The notes under the pieces are model-generated. The model was not told where the DNA came from. It ran no database searches and was given only the letters and a program-made list of their open reading frames with translations. From Coniocarpon cinnabarinum (taxonomy: Eukaryota): DNA of 36,813 nt. Of the stretch, positions 21,893 through 34,247 are shown piece by piece (positions within the stretch are counted from its first letter, which is position 1; each line of letters begins with the position of its first letter). The translations under genes and the position numbers were made by a program. The stretch lies in the NCBI GenBank assembly GCA_051942205.1, contig JAVECO010000027.1, positions 124,001 through 160,813 on the forward strand, read 5' to 3'.

Positions 21893-23059
21893 ATGGACCG
21901 CTTTGACACCAGCGTCAGACAGCCCACCGTGCCTCAAGTGCCACCGAGACGAGCGCCAAGAACTTTGTTGACAGCCCGGGAACTTCCGAACTCTTGCAGT
22001 CTCCCATGGATGATCAAGAACATCACCCCGTTCAGGGACACACTGATGGGTTTCCATGGAGCTTTAGACTCATCAACCTTAATGCATGTATGTGCGTACA
22101 GACCAAGGGGAACAGAGAAAGACACGTATCTCAACCCGATAAAAGACCTTTGTGATATTCAACCCTGGATTGACTTCGAGACTCGCCGGGGTAGAGAGCT
22201 AGTTCTCGTGGGTGATGGTATCAAGACATGGATGCACGCCATTCAAGCCCCAAGCAAGACAACGTACGAGGCTTTAAGAAGGACCTATGTTACCGTCTGC
22301 GGCTTCTTTCACTCCTTATCCAGCTGTTCAGTCCAGCGGTCGCCTAGTCCGCCTTACTACGATGTCACAGACGTACGTGCCCACGTAAAGTGGATGACTC
22401 ATCTCGGGGTTGGAGGTCGCCTTCGCATTGTCAATCACGGCTTGGATATCTTACACGAGAGTTTCAATAGCTATATCAAAGTGCTTTTTCCATTCTCCTC
22501 AGCTATAATGCCCATAGGTGCTCTCCGAACCCGGTGCATGGGCGAGATCAGGTATGAGAACCACCACAAATCGCAATGCGCAGTCCTCTCACAAGAAGCA
22601 GAGGCCGGAGCTGTACTAAGTATGTCAACTGTCGAGTTCCAGTCGCTTAAGGAGCATGTGAAGCTCGTCACGTCTCCAATCGATTGCGTGTATGTGCTCG
22701 TTCATGCATCCAGCGGTACGAGTAGACACATTATCCCTGTCAAAAGCCTGAATGAGGACCGTTACACGTGTGAGCAGCTCCATTAGCTAGTGGGAATGAC
22801 TTTGCAGACTGAGGTCGGTGTTCTGCCAAACGGAGACCTCGCGGACGGAGCCATTAACATCCCCTGGATGAGATTTATGTACCTGGTTGAGACTCCCGCA
22901 TCTTGCAAACACGAGACTGCACGCTCCGCACAATTAGTTTCAGAACAGGCCTTCTCACTCTTTGATCGGGGAGCAATAAGGCCTTTGAGACGCAACCGGC
23001 TAAGGCAACAATTAGAGCGAATTCACACAGCTCTTTGCTACATGGAGGCCAATGGTTAG
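21893..23059 (+). pseudogene. Hypothetical fungal protein gene with one internal TAG (22784-22786)
   Basis: ORFs 21890-22786 and 22790-23059 share a frame and are separated only by CAT-TAG-CTA, consistent with CAG>TAG. It could alternatively be an intact 297-aa gene. Confidence 0.5.
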
Positions 23060-23399
23060 GTTTGGCTTGGTTTGGTTACGGTTTGGTAGCACACGCTACC
23101 ACAACCAATAGGTGCAAGAACCGAACCACTGACCACATTTGCTCTGATATGGCAATGAGAGCTTGCTGCTATATTGTTGAAGTATGTGGAGGTCGCGAGG
23201 TAACGAAAGACGATGGTGAGAAAAGCCTACGTCTTGTGCCGCACCTTTCGTTCGTTCAATTTTAAGCATTGTTCCCCACTCAGCGTGTACCTTCAATATG
23301 TGTGTTGTGTGATGCGAGGCTCTCTGGCGAATCTTTGAGCAGACAGTGTATCATTTGCCTCTGGGCGGCTTGTCTTACAGCGTACGATCCGCGAAGACT

Positions 23400-25989
23400 T
23401 GGGTATCGCCCCGCTTTGTCTCCGCACTCTCTTGCTGTTTCTTAGGAGGACACTCAAGTTCTTCCTGGAAATTTCTCAACCTATTCTTTCAGCACCTGCT
23501 AGGATCACAGGCTGAGGCATTACCGCCAGAGGATCCTGAAGCCTGCCTTCGCGACTGGATGGAGCGGGATCAGTATGGGTACACTGACGCGCGATTGTGG
23601 CAGCTGATGAGACGACGTCAAGCATGTTCTGTTTCTGGATCGCCGAGTCAGTCTTGAATGACATCTTGCAAGCAGAAGATCAATTCCAGTAATACCGCGT
23701 TGTTCGCAACCGCTGAGACTTCTAAGGTGGCTGCTGTACGTTGAGAGGGGAGACGCGAAGACAAAGAAGGAGCACGAATCGTCTTGGCATGCATAGGTCT
23801 GAAAGCCGCACTGCGCCTCCTCTCTGCCTCAATACAACGCCTGTCCCGGATTTAGCACCGAAGCATCACCATTCTATTTCACTAACAAACGAACTAGATA
23901 CTCTGGCCATTGTAATGCTTTCATGGTATCCTCCAACCATTCAGCAGACTTTGCGACGCTCAATCAATTGAGTCAATTTTTCATAATGTTCAAATCCATG
24001 TGCAACGGTGCACGGCCTGTCGACATTCCGAAACATTCGCCATAGAGCGCGAGGCAGATTGGTCCCAATCTTTGCTTCTGATGCCCCTCTTGCGTTTTCA
24101 CAAATGCGTCGCCCTTGTTCACATACTTGTTCCCACGCTTGATACCAGACGTCGAATGTCTCGAACTTCACCACGTGGCGCTTCAGCTGCCTGAAAAGAA
24201 AATGCATTTCCGAGATGTGTATCCAAGAGACCTTATTCTCAACATCACACTGTAACAGTTTCGTCCCCATTACAAGGGTACACAGAAGAAGTTCAAACGC
24301 GCAGTACCTTTTCCGGGGCAACGAAATTGCCTGAAGACCTTCTCTTTTGAGTTTCTCCCTCTCCTTGGGTGATTTCTGACAAAATACACGTAGTTTGCTG
24401 AGTAGTGCCTCCGCCTCGAATAGTGAGAGATCACCACACACGACGTGCTCGGAGACTCTAGAGTCAGTTAGAGAGGTAGCAAGATGACCGCAGCTGGGAG
24501 GCGCGCACAAAAGCGACGGCGCCCCCGTGGGCGCCGGAGCTCCCCACGCTACCTGTTACATGTGAGAGAGCTCCTGGCAAATTTTTGGTTGCTGCTCATC
24601 CCAATCAAAATTTCCCTCGATTGCCGCCGCATGCAGCGCAGCTCGGAGTTCACATCTCATAGGAGAGATCTCGAGCAGCTTGAACTTTTCTGTGCACCCG
24701 CTGATAGTCTCTAGGGCAAGATTCATCGATAATAATAAATGTAGAATACTCAAATGAGTAGGAGGGTCGAAGCGAATGCGAAGCGAAGCACCAGAGCTTG
24801 AGGCGCACAGCCTTGTAGCGTCCTGACAATCTTGTATCATCGATCTTTTACCGCGATCGCTCTCAAGTCGGCAAAGACATTGTTGCGGGGCAACATCGAG
24901 GGATTGCAATCCGCTCATCATGAACACGCTGCGAAAGAGACGCAAGACTAAGAGCGAATGAAGACGCATGAGCGATCTTATCATTCCTCAGAAGTGGGGA
25001 AGCTTGCCACTTATCAAAGACTATCGGGGAAGATGCTGCAGTCAGCCCGGAATCTGCAACGTTCCTTGCTTTGAATTATTTTAGTAATATTATTGGCGCA
25101 TTTGCAGCGAAGATTGCGACACAGGCATGTTACATGCAATAGCTTGTGACACAGATTCTCCCAGCATGGATTCTGATTCACATTTCGAAGAATTGAACGT
25201 TACACACATCTTACAAGACCCCGAGGCTTGCAAGAGTCCAGTATGCAAACGTCCTTCAGTACTGCCATATTTGGGCTGTCTTCTTGAAGCACGAGACTGA
25301 CCTGAAGGCGCAGAAGGCTCAGCATTCCAAGGCTTGTGTGCAGAGAACATTACAGGTTGTTCTTTCTATTGCCTGCCCAGATCCAGCCGCTGACCTCTAT
25401 TACGCAAGGTGAGGAGTGTAGGTTCCCGTCGTTGGCAGGGACTACGTCGCAGGCGTACTGGGAAAGGCGTTGCTCTTTGACTAGTCCTTGACGAAGATCC
25501 AAGTATGCCTCGTTCTTGCTGATCAAAGTCGCGATCATCACCTGGTCGCTGCTGTAAATGCTCAAAGGCTCCAACGTTGGCTGCTCTTTCCGGTCGACGC
25601 AGCTGTAACTTCGTCCCAATGTCCTTTGTTCGCCGCTTTTTAACACGCTTTGCTGCCATATTCATCGGATTTTCCCTTTGTATGGATTGAAGGATCGTGT
25701 TCACATTAGTGCGAACTGGAAGTTGTGTTGGTCGGGTGTACAGAGGCACCAGACGATTCTCGGCTTCTCCCAGCAATTTTGCACAATCTCGGCTTATTTC
25801 AATGCCACCCGCACACACTAGCATTATTCCATAGATAGACACGTTCTTGTCACCCGTATCGCTCTTCCAAAATGTTATTGGGGGTAAGTGAATCTTAATA
25901 TACTCATAGGGCGGGCAGCCACCTATGCACATCGCCCTTTCAGTTTGAAGCCCTTTGTATGACATATCTGGGAGTGTGGCGTGAAGCAA
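23400..25989 (-). pseudogene. Fragmented hypothetical gene(s)
   Basis: A series of protein-like minus-strand ORFs (25366-25989, 25350-25646, 25090-25350, 24556-24984, 23941-24510). The last two are in frame, separated by a single TAA at 24556-24558. No family recognised. Confidence 0.4.
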
Positions 25990-26247
25990 GACAACCTCTT
26001 CTTGCGCACAGGTCTGATGGTAGATGCGCTGAATGTTGTCTGAGACTGCAGTGGAGGTGTGAGTCGCGTACAGAATATACGAGATTTGATATCGTACTTA
26101 CTCTTTGGCGAGACATGTTCATCTCGTGTGTCATGTTGCTACTAAGTTCCAGTACCAACCTCTGCTTTCTTCGTCGTTAAAACCGGGGCACTTGACTGCT
26201 CCGGTGACAATGCGCTCCATTCTTGCACATTCAACGCGAAACCACGC

Positions 26248-29200
26248 TCAAACGCTCAAAGCTCTGAGCGTTTGAGCAATGAGGTGAACCTTATCACAGA
26301 TAAGCGTGTCCAGACCAGCCTCTGCCTGCGCGATCGCCGAATCCGGCTCATTATTTAGACTTCCGTAGGACGCCACAGACAGCCCGAATCCCTTTGCATA
26401 GTTGATAAGCCCCGGACAGAGCACAAACGGCTCTGACGCCATGACGATTCCAGCCAGACCCCAGGCACGTGCGAAGTGGATTGCTTCCTGCAAGCTACTG
26501 GCCCGAGTATCGCCCGTGGGGAAATTGCCCGCATCATTGAGAAACAAGACAGGGTAGTCGGATTGTTTGGAGACAAGCGCAATGCAGATTTCGGGACTAA
26601 ATGACGAGAACACGATAGAGCGTTTGTTGCTGAAATTGTAGATGACCCGGAGTATAGTGTCAACAAAATGGTTGAGCTCGAAGGCGTATGTATCCATTTC
26701 CCAGTCTTCAGCTTCGAAAAGCATGGGATATTTAATCTCAAAATTGATTGTGATTGTTTCAGGTAGTTTCGTCAGCATTCCTTCAAGGGTCTCGAGAGGT
26801 TGCTGCACGCATTTAGGCCGAGTGTTGCCTTTGAATCCGCTGAGCCTGAATTCTAATGTATTCCTGAATCTTGCGTTCAAAGCGTCAACTTCGAAATCAT
26901 TGTTTTCGCGGGCGCTGAGCGACAACGTGCGACGCTTGGACCTGTGGTGGTACTGTCTACCCCTGGTTGAGGCCGCTACGTCATCGTTTGTTAATTGCAT
27001 ACTGCTCATGTGAAGGAATTGGGACAGGCTGAGGGTATGAACGGGCGCGTCTGTACCAGTCTCGCTTGCGAGAAAGTCGTGGTAGATGACAGGCACGTCA
27101 TCCTTGGTCAATTGGACGTCACACTCGACCCAAGAAGCGCCGAGCCTTGTCGCAGACAGGAATGATTCGATTGTGTTCTCACCAATTTGGAGGTGTCTCT
27201 CAGTGTGCTTATTCATACCGAGGCCACGGTGTCCAACGACTCTCATACCCTCGCAACTGTCTCTTTGTATTTGAGTAGGTCGCTTTTCCCGGCTCTGTTC
27301 CGGGTGACGAAAGGGCGTGATGGTGAGAACACTGAAAGTGACTGCTCCCAAATGTCGCATTGTGTCTTTCTCAAGAATAGGGACGGAATGGGTGCGCACG
27401 AGGGACTCACGATTCTTGCCAACCTCTGGCTGAATGCTGCCCACTTGAATGATGGCGGAACCGATCAGTTCTTCTTGCTGCTTTCTAAAAGCGCCCAGAA
27501 ATACATCGAATGCCAAGCTGACGCTCTCTGGGTCTGCTGCCTCAAAAATGGCCGGTTCATTTGTCACATCCGCCAGAACAGGTAGCTTGATTGACTGAAT
27601 CGGACCGCAGGCATCCAAAGGCCTAAGTACGAGCCGAAGACCCTGCTCATGGGCAGTTTCAATATCACTGGCAAAAGCATCCGATTGAAATGACACCGCT
27701 GGTTCCTGTTCTGTACAGGTGAGAGACCCTAAGTTGACGATGATCAGGGCCAAATCAGCCCGGACAGGTTTTTTAAGCATTGTTGCTTGGAGCTTGTGAG
27801 GTATTATTTGAGCATTTTGGGAAGATCGCGATTCGTTTGAGATGAACTTTTCGGCAATTTTGATATGACCTCGAAACGCGGCGTGATCCTTGGCAGTCCA
27901 GCCTAACACGTCGCGGATATGTTCATTTGCTCCAGCACGGCACAGGTGGTCGACTAGTGTTGCGTTGCCATCGATGCAAGCAAACATCAGAGCCGATCGG
28001 CCCGTGCTCTGACAGACCGTGTCTAGTTCGGTTTTCTCGCGCGCATGCGCAAGCAAGAGTTCAGCGGCTAACATTCTGCCAAACTGTGCAGCGATATGTA
28101 AGGCGGTCTTTCCTTTGACAATTTCCTCTTTGATGCCAATGCATGGCGCGATCAGATCTACGTTATCGACGGAGCCCGAAGCGAGCAAAGTTGTCAGCAA
28201 CTCGCTAAAGACAACTTTTTGAGGTCTTGCATGCGATGCCTCTGTCTCGACACATGACTGTAGCATCATTCGTGCCGTTGCTGAATGATTGCTGATCACA
28301 GCCAGGTGGAGGGGAGTAAGACCCTCGTAATCGGGTGTGAATACAGCTGCGGAGGCAGCAGAATACCGAGAGTGAGCTTCTCCGGCATGCTGGATCAGCT
28401 TCTGGCAGATGCTCTCCAAGCCATAGCGAGCGGCGTAGTGAAGAGGAAGACGCCCGAACTCATCTGCACGATGCAATGCAGAGCGATGCCACAAACTCAG
28501 CCGATCGACAATGTGGGTTAGGGTTTGAAGGTACTGTCCATAGCCGTTGGACTGAATCGATGTCTCACGAGGCTCAAGATGGCCAGATGCTGTGCTATTG
28601 CGTCCAGTCAGGATGATCAGACGACGAAGGAGGGAAGGCATAATTGAAGTAGTGGTATTTCGGGTACTCAAATGCCTCAGCAGTGCATCACAACAGTCAG
28701 GTGAGCCTGCTAATGCCGAGAATTGCAAAAGATTAACGAGCAGCGCCGAGGATTCTAGTCTGCTTCGCTCGATTTCTTCGGAAATGCCTCCTATGGCCCT
28801 GGCTAGACTTTCATGGTTACCATTGCTGATCGAATCAGATGCTTGCTTTATAAGGGCAAGCGGGAGTTCTTCACGACTGGAGTATTCGAGAAGCGAAAAT
28901 GGCACAGGAGGCCATCCTCTCCTCGCAAGATTCGATCGCTGCTTGATAGTATCGACAACTCTTGTGACTCGTGCGACTTGCTTGAGGATATTCTGAGACT
29001 GCAGACCGAGCGCATCAAGCTTACGATAATGATCAGTATTGGGAGAGGGTTTTCGTTCGTGTGAGCGGCCGAGCTTCCGCACGAGTCTGTCCAAGGCCTC
29101 GGAATTCACTCTACTATACCAGACGAGCTTCCGAAAGCCATCACGGAGCTCAGTCAGGGATGCAAGAATGTCCTCTATCTCGAACTGTGCTATGTTTTCC

Positions 29201-29519
29201 AGCGGCATGATATTCTCAAACCCGGACACAACACCATAGTGATCATTTATAGTCGACTCTTGTATGAGATATTTCTCGGACATATGCTCTCGGAATTCAC
29301 TAGTCTTGGAGAGCTCGTTATCAAGGGAGGTAGCGATGGCTGCACGCGAATCAGTACCATGCGTCGCATGTGGAAGAAGTGTAGACACGGACCATCAAAG
29401 TCTTCCACAGCGTTTGCTCGAGATGCAGCCTTGCAACGGACTTTAAAGGCGTCGTAGTCGACATAATGTTTGACCCACTCGCATACTTGATGTCGAGGGA
29501 ACTGGCGACCAAACTTCAT
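26248..29519 (-). CDS. GDE1: Gde1-like glycerophosphodiester phosphodiesterase (SPX-ankyrin-GDPD), 2 exons, ~1072 aa; intron 29340-29392
   Basis: Exon 1 MKFGRQFPRHQVCEWVKHYVDY is an SPX start. Ankyrin repeats (GRLPLHYAARYG, GLTPLHLAV, GKTALHIAAQFG, GWTAKDHAAFRGH). GDPD motifs VVGHRGLGMN, ENTIESF, VECDVQLTKDDVPVIYHDF, NFEIKYP and FSSFSPEIC. Confidence 0.93.
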
Positions 29520-30110
29520 TAGCAAGGATGTTGGGCGACGAAGGCCGGGATCGGATACAAGGCTAGACGTGCGCGTCGAGCTGTAATCTCAATTCGTCCG
29601 ATGGTTTGATCACTCGTAGTCTGCAATATCAACCACTTGGTATCCACTCTGATCAATTGCGCCTCCGATTACTGAGAATAAAGCTTGGCAAGGTAGATAC
29701 GGTCAGTTATTTCTCCGCCGGCAGGTTTACAAGGAAGCTTGTCAACGATCTTCGCATCTTTGGAGTCAGAGATTCGGAACACGTTGGCAACTGTGTAAGT
29801 GAGGTCCCAGGCGCATGCTACCATGCCCCGTATCACACATCCAGTCATGCACCGAGGTCTCCCAGGAAGAAGGTGGCACACTCATCTGAGCAGTGTCAAT
29901 TGCTACATTGGCCTAGAGTCTCTAGCATCTGGACGCTCTGAACTTCTCCTTTGGTTGTAATTGCTAGTACAAATTCTATTCAGAGACACCTTGATTTGAC
30001 TTTAACCTTATTGCTTATAGGACGGCTGGCTCATGATTAAGTTTCTGGTATTGTACTAGTTCAAACTCAATCCTGGTTGCAGCACCTCGCGGCTTGTGGA
30101 ACACCAGACA

Positions 30111-32464
30111 ATGGATCCACTCTCCATCACGTCAAGCGCCATTGCCATCATCTCGCTCGTTGAGTCTGTACGCCAACGGGTCACCCAGCTTCGCCAACTC
30201 CATCACGAACTCCCCGGCAGGCTCCACGCGATCCACAACGAGGTTGCCGATTTTGAAGTGGTGCTCCGGCAAGTCCTTAAGAGCATCACCGACGGTGATG
30301 CGACAGCAGTGGCAAGCTCACGCGGTAGAGATCTTTTCGACCTCTTGGATCGTGCCACTCCAGTCCTGCACGCGCTCAAGACCGTCGTTGAGCAGATCAG
30401 CATCAACTGTGCCGCCGACAGACACTTTCTATTTCGCGCCAACGCCTGGCGGGAAAAGCAAGAGACACTTCAATTCTTGCAGAACGACATCTTGCGCATC
30501 AAGTCCAGTCTCAATGTGATTCTTGGTGCTGCTGCATCGTAAGTGCTTCCGGCATCCTCGACTGCGAATGGTGGCTCATCATCAATATCAGACAAGACGT
30601 GGCCCGCGTCCAGCTGTCCTTAGAAGCCATCTCGATAGACACCTCCGCCTCGGCCAAGAAGCAGGATGAATACGGATTGGCAATCTTGGAAAGCCAGCGC
30701 TCCGTTCAAGACCGAATAGACAAGGTCGAAGGCATGCTACAAGAACAGTCCGAGCGATTCTTCGAGAACCTTGCGGCATATTATCCCTCGTGGCCCGACA
30801 GAGCGCTTGCATACCGTAGGCGCCATTCCCCACCTCCAACCTCACCCAGCCCTCCAAAATCACGCAACAACCTTGACACTACCAATCTGCGACTCATGAG
30901 TTCCGTGTCCATGTGTAGGAAGAGTTGCCACTGCTCCTGCCATGTGCGAAAGGGTTCAATCATGCCTCGTTTTACCGATCGAGTTTTGGGACGGCTGTTT
31001 GTTGATTACGCTGGCATACCTCTTCTTGGCTCGCAGTGCGATACCAATGACTGCCAGACCCACAAACAGAGTTCCGCCACCGTCGAGTATTGGTTTCCCT
31101 TGGGCTGGTTCTGGTCTAACATCTTGCAATTCGAGATGAGCTATCGGACAAACATGGGCCCACAGTTCCAATTACGCACTCTACGCAGAGTTCCCGACGA
31201 CGCCGCATGTGTTAACTTTGCTCTTAACGGCAACATCAACGGCTTGAGAGACCTCTTCTCCCGCGGTCTCGCATCACCACAGGACGTGAGCGAGACTCGT
31301 GGCTATTCCGTTCTTCGATGGGCCTTGTATGGCAAACAGTACGAAACGTGCAAGTTCCTCTACTATGAAGGTGCAGACGCCGACTACAGGCCTCTATCTA
31401 AATACGACAACAGCGCAAGGAACAAGGCTAGTGATATACTAACTCAAGGAAACTTGCCCGAGGCCGCACTCGAGCATCTCAGATGTCTCACCGATAGTAG
31501 CGAATGGGTCGACGAGCAAAACTTCACAACCCTCCACCAAATCGTCATCCAGAAACGACACACGAGTTTGGAAGAAGAGATAATTCAGCAAGCTGACAAC
31601 ATCGACGTCCCAGATGCAATGGGCCGAACACCGTTGCTCTGGGCCGCCGCGCGCGGTGACTCAAGAGCAGTCGCGCTCCTTCTAAAACACGGTGCAGACC
31701 CAAATACCATGGACCTTCAAATGTCGCCTCCCCTGTCCTACGCCGCCGATCGGGGACACGCGTTATGTTCGCACCTCTTGCTCGACGCCGGCGCACAACC
31801 GGACCCCGTCATCCCTGGCGGATACAAATTGGGGAGTTCCCTCAACTGCGCGGCCAGAAACGCGACAGACGTAATGGTGCTGAAGACGTTACTGGACCAC
31901 GGCGCTGATATCGAAGCGAGCGGCGTTGACGGCAAGACACCGCTTATCCACGTGGCGCGGACAGACAACGTAATTTTTGCTAAACTCCTGCTGGAATACT
32001 CCGCAGATCTCAACGCAACTTCCACTGACGGCCAGACACCTCTGACGACCGCCATCATCCACAACAGCCACGCCGTACTACAAGTCCTACTGGATCGTTG
32101 GCAGGAATTCAGCTCGTGCCCGCGGCTCAAAGGTCCGCACTTGCTCCAGGTCGTGGCGCTCTACGCCGACTTCGATACCGTCAGTATCCTCACTAGCATC
32201 GACCACTTCAAGCTCATGTATGATCGCGAGCTCGACTCGCGCAAGTTCTCAACGTACCTGCAGACCCGGTCTGGTGTCGATCCCAAGCTCACAATGGCCT
32301 TTGAGGATTTGCTGAGCGTTATACGTGAGGGTCCGGTGGTGGGTGGGAGTGTGGAGAATGTTATGGAGTCAGGGATGGCGAGGACCTGCTCAGATCCGGG
32401 CATAGAGAAGGAGGTGGATAGTAGTGATGATGCGGATTTTGTAGAGTGTGAGTCGGAGTGGTAA
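30111..32464 (+). CDS. Fungal N-terminal (HeLo-like/STAND N-terminal-type) helical domain + Cys/His cluster + ankyrin-repeat protein, 2 exons, ~766 aa; intron 30539-30591
   Basis: MDPLSITSSAIAIISL...L..L.NEV.D start. CRKSCHCSCH motif. Ankyrin repeats GRTPLLWAAARGD, PPLSYAADRGH, GKTPLIHVAR and GQTPLTTAIIHN. A GTAAGT...CAG intron joins ORFs 30096-30542 and 30599-32464. Confidence 0.85.
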
Positions 32465-32520
32465 ACACGTCGTGTTCTTTGTTGAGACGTGCGCGCCGCG
32501 GAAATGACGACAATTCACGC

Positions 32521-32921
32521 CGTTACGCAATGATATGGGTACCTGATATCTCAAAAGCGGTGTACATACGAAACTAATGTCCTCTGACGATGGACTTGTC
32601 GAGTCCCGTAACTTGAAACTATCTCGCGAGGATTTCTCGTTTGAGGAATTTCCGGGCCGAGGCAGACCCCAAATGCCGCTAACTCGCTGACACTCAAACT
32701 TTTTGTGCGGCGGAGCTTTACTACTTAGTAGGATACATTCTTTTGTACCTTAGATTATATAGCCTAATAGCGAGCACACTTTAGTTATTCGATATCAGTT
32801 AAACTTAGACATTAAAATGGAGTTTCTTCTTTACTCTAATAAAGGGATTAGTTTTAATTACCTATTCTTTTATAATTGCTTTATATACTTATAAGTTAGT
32901 AGTATTACTTATAGAACGTTC
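32521..32921. mobile_element. Older truncated LTR copy, interrupted by a related LTR
   Basis: ~32735-32921 is a diverged direct repeat of ~33100-33281. The CGTTACGCAATG at 32521 resembles the TGTTACGCTATG start of the adjacent LTR. Confidence 0.5.
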
Positions 32922-33474
32922 TGTTACGCTATGCCTAATGTAGGATAAAGGATCACGTGCACACGCGCATAATAACGCTAATGCACAAAATCCCTAACGT
33001 GCGTAGACGCGTTTACTTATAGGACTTCTTATAGAAGTTACGTGACTCCCCTAGCTCTAGCAACAATATAGTTATAGGACCTATAGGACTATATAATATC
33101 TTTATTTGTACCTTAGACTATATAGGCCTAATAGCGAGCTACCTTAGTTGCTTGATATTAGTTAAACTTAGATATTAAGGTAAAGTTCCTTCTCTACTTA
33201 ATAAAGAATTAGTCTAATCCCCTAGTTCTTATAATTGCTTCTTACACTTAGAAGTTAGTAGTGTTACTTGTAGAACGTCTCTAGTAGTAGCTTGTACTAG
33301 CATACTAGTTGTACCTATACTTAGTAAATAGGGCCTAGACTACGCTAGTATAGGTTTAATTCCTTAAGTGTCTTTGTTCTTTATACTAATACGGATACTA
33401 CCTCTACCTCTCGAACATAGGATTATGTGTGCGTTAAGGAAGACGCTAAGGGTAATACCCTAAGAAGCGTTACA
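32922..33474. mobile_element. LTR (~550 bp) with TG...CA ends
   Basis: Begins TGTTACGCT and ends AGCGTTACA (9-bp imperfect terminal inverted repeat). RIP-like TpA enrichment. Confidence 0.65.
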
Positions 33475-34247
33475 ATAGCATATTTACTTAATAAAGCTTA
33501 GATATATTATAACTTAAGAGTAATTAAGTAATAAGTCTTAACTACAAGTTAAATTAAATTAAAATTAAAATAATATTAAATTTAAAGGTAGGCTTACTAT
33601 TCAACTATATAAACTAAGATATAAAAAAATAAATCTTATATTTTAAATACTTAATATACTTAAATACCTCTAAGCTTTAGATACTTTTAAAGTATTTTTT
33701 ATTTAGCTAGTTATATAATACTCTAGACGTCTAACGCGTACTTAAGTATCTAGTCTATATATACCTTATATATTTTATATAGTTATATATAACTATTCTA
33801 TTCTATATTAGGTATAGCATAATATTAGCCTCTTTATAGGTTGTTTGTCTTAGATAACTATAGTACAGAATAGAAATAGTCGCTTACTCTCTTTTTTTAT
33901 TAGTAAGCTATTATATCTTTTTATAAAATACGGCTAATAGTGTTATATAAGCTAGTATATTAAAATATAAGCGTAAGTCTTATACTACTAATCTATCTAC
34001 TAGTCTTAAAAGAGCCCTTAAATATTTAAAAGAATTTATTTATTCTATTTTTATTAGTATAGCTTCTTATTTGTATTACTTAAATAATAAGGTTTTATAT
34101 TAGTTAATTTTTAGTAGATAGACCTATAAGCGTTATCGTAATATTAAAAATATATATATTATAAAGATTATAATTAAAGATAGTATATTATTTAGTCTAC
34201 TATTCTATAGCTTTAGGCTAATTTATTATTTTAGTTAAGCTTACTAG
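33475..34247. repeat. Extremely AT-rich RIP-degraded transposon remnant, family not resolved
   Basis: Very low GC, abundant TpA, no ORFs. Confidence 0.55.

Larger units (their letters stand above)
16720..32500 (+). mobile_element. Probable Starship giant transposon (captain + cargo); boundaries approximate, may extend beyond window
   Basis: A DUF3435 tyrosine recombinase comes first, pointing inward. It is followed by accessory-type genes (short MADS-box, F-box-like, hypotheticals, Gde1 paralogue, HeLo-like-ankyrin). Termini were not identified. Confidence 0.65.

Noticed and set aside
23054..23088. GGTTA/GGTTT pentamer run as an interstitial telomere
   Set aside because: Short, degenerate and not TTAGGG-periodic.
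24517..24536. GC-rich hairpin CGGCGCCC-ccgt-GGGCGCCG
   Set aside because: A single 8-bp stem with no supporting context. Compatible with chance.
26248..29388. ORF-track start (MSTLLPHATHG...) for the GDPD gene
   Set aside because: That start lies inside intron 29340-29392. The real start is MKFG at 29519.
16488..32530. 10-bp direct repeat CGTTACGCAA (16488-16497 and 32521-32530) containing TTAC as Starship target-site repeat
   Set aside because: A 10-mer match is expected by chance when scanning this much sequence. The right copy is better explained as the start of an old LTR (cf. TGTTACGCTATG at 32922), and the left copy lies next to the PGS1-like fragment.
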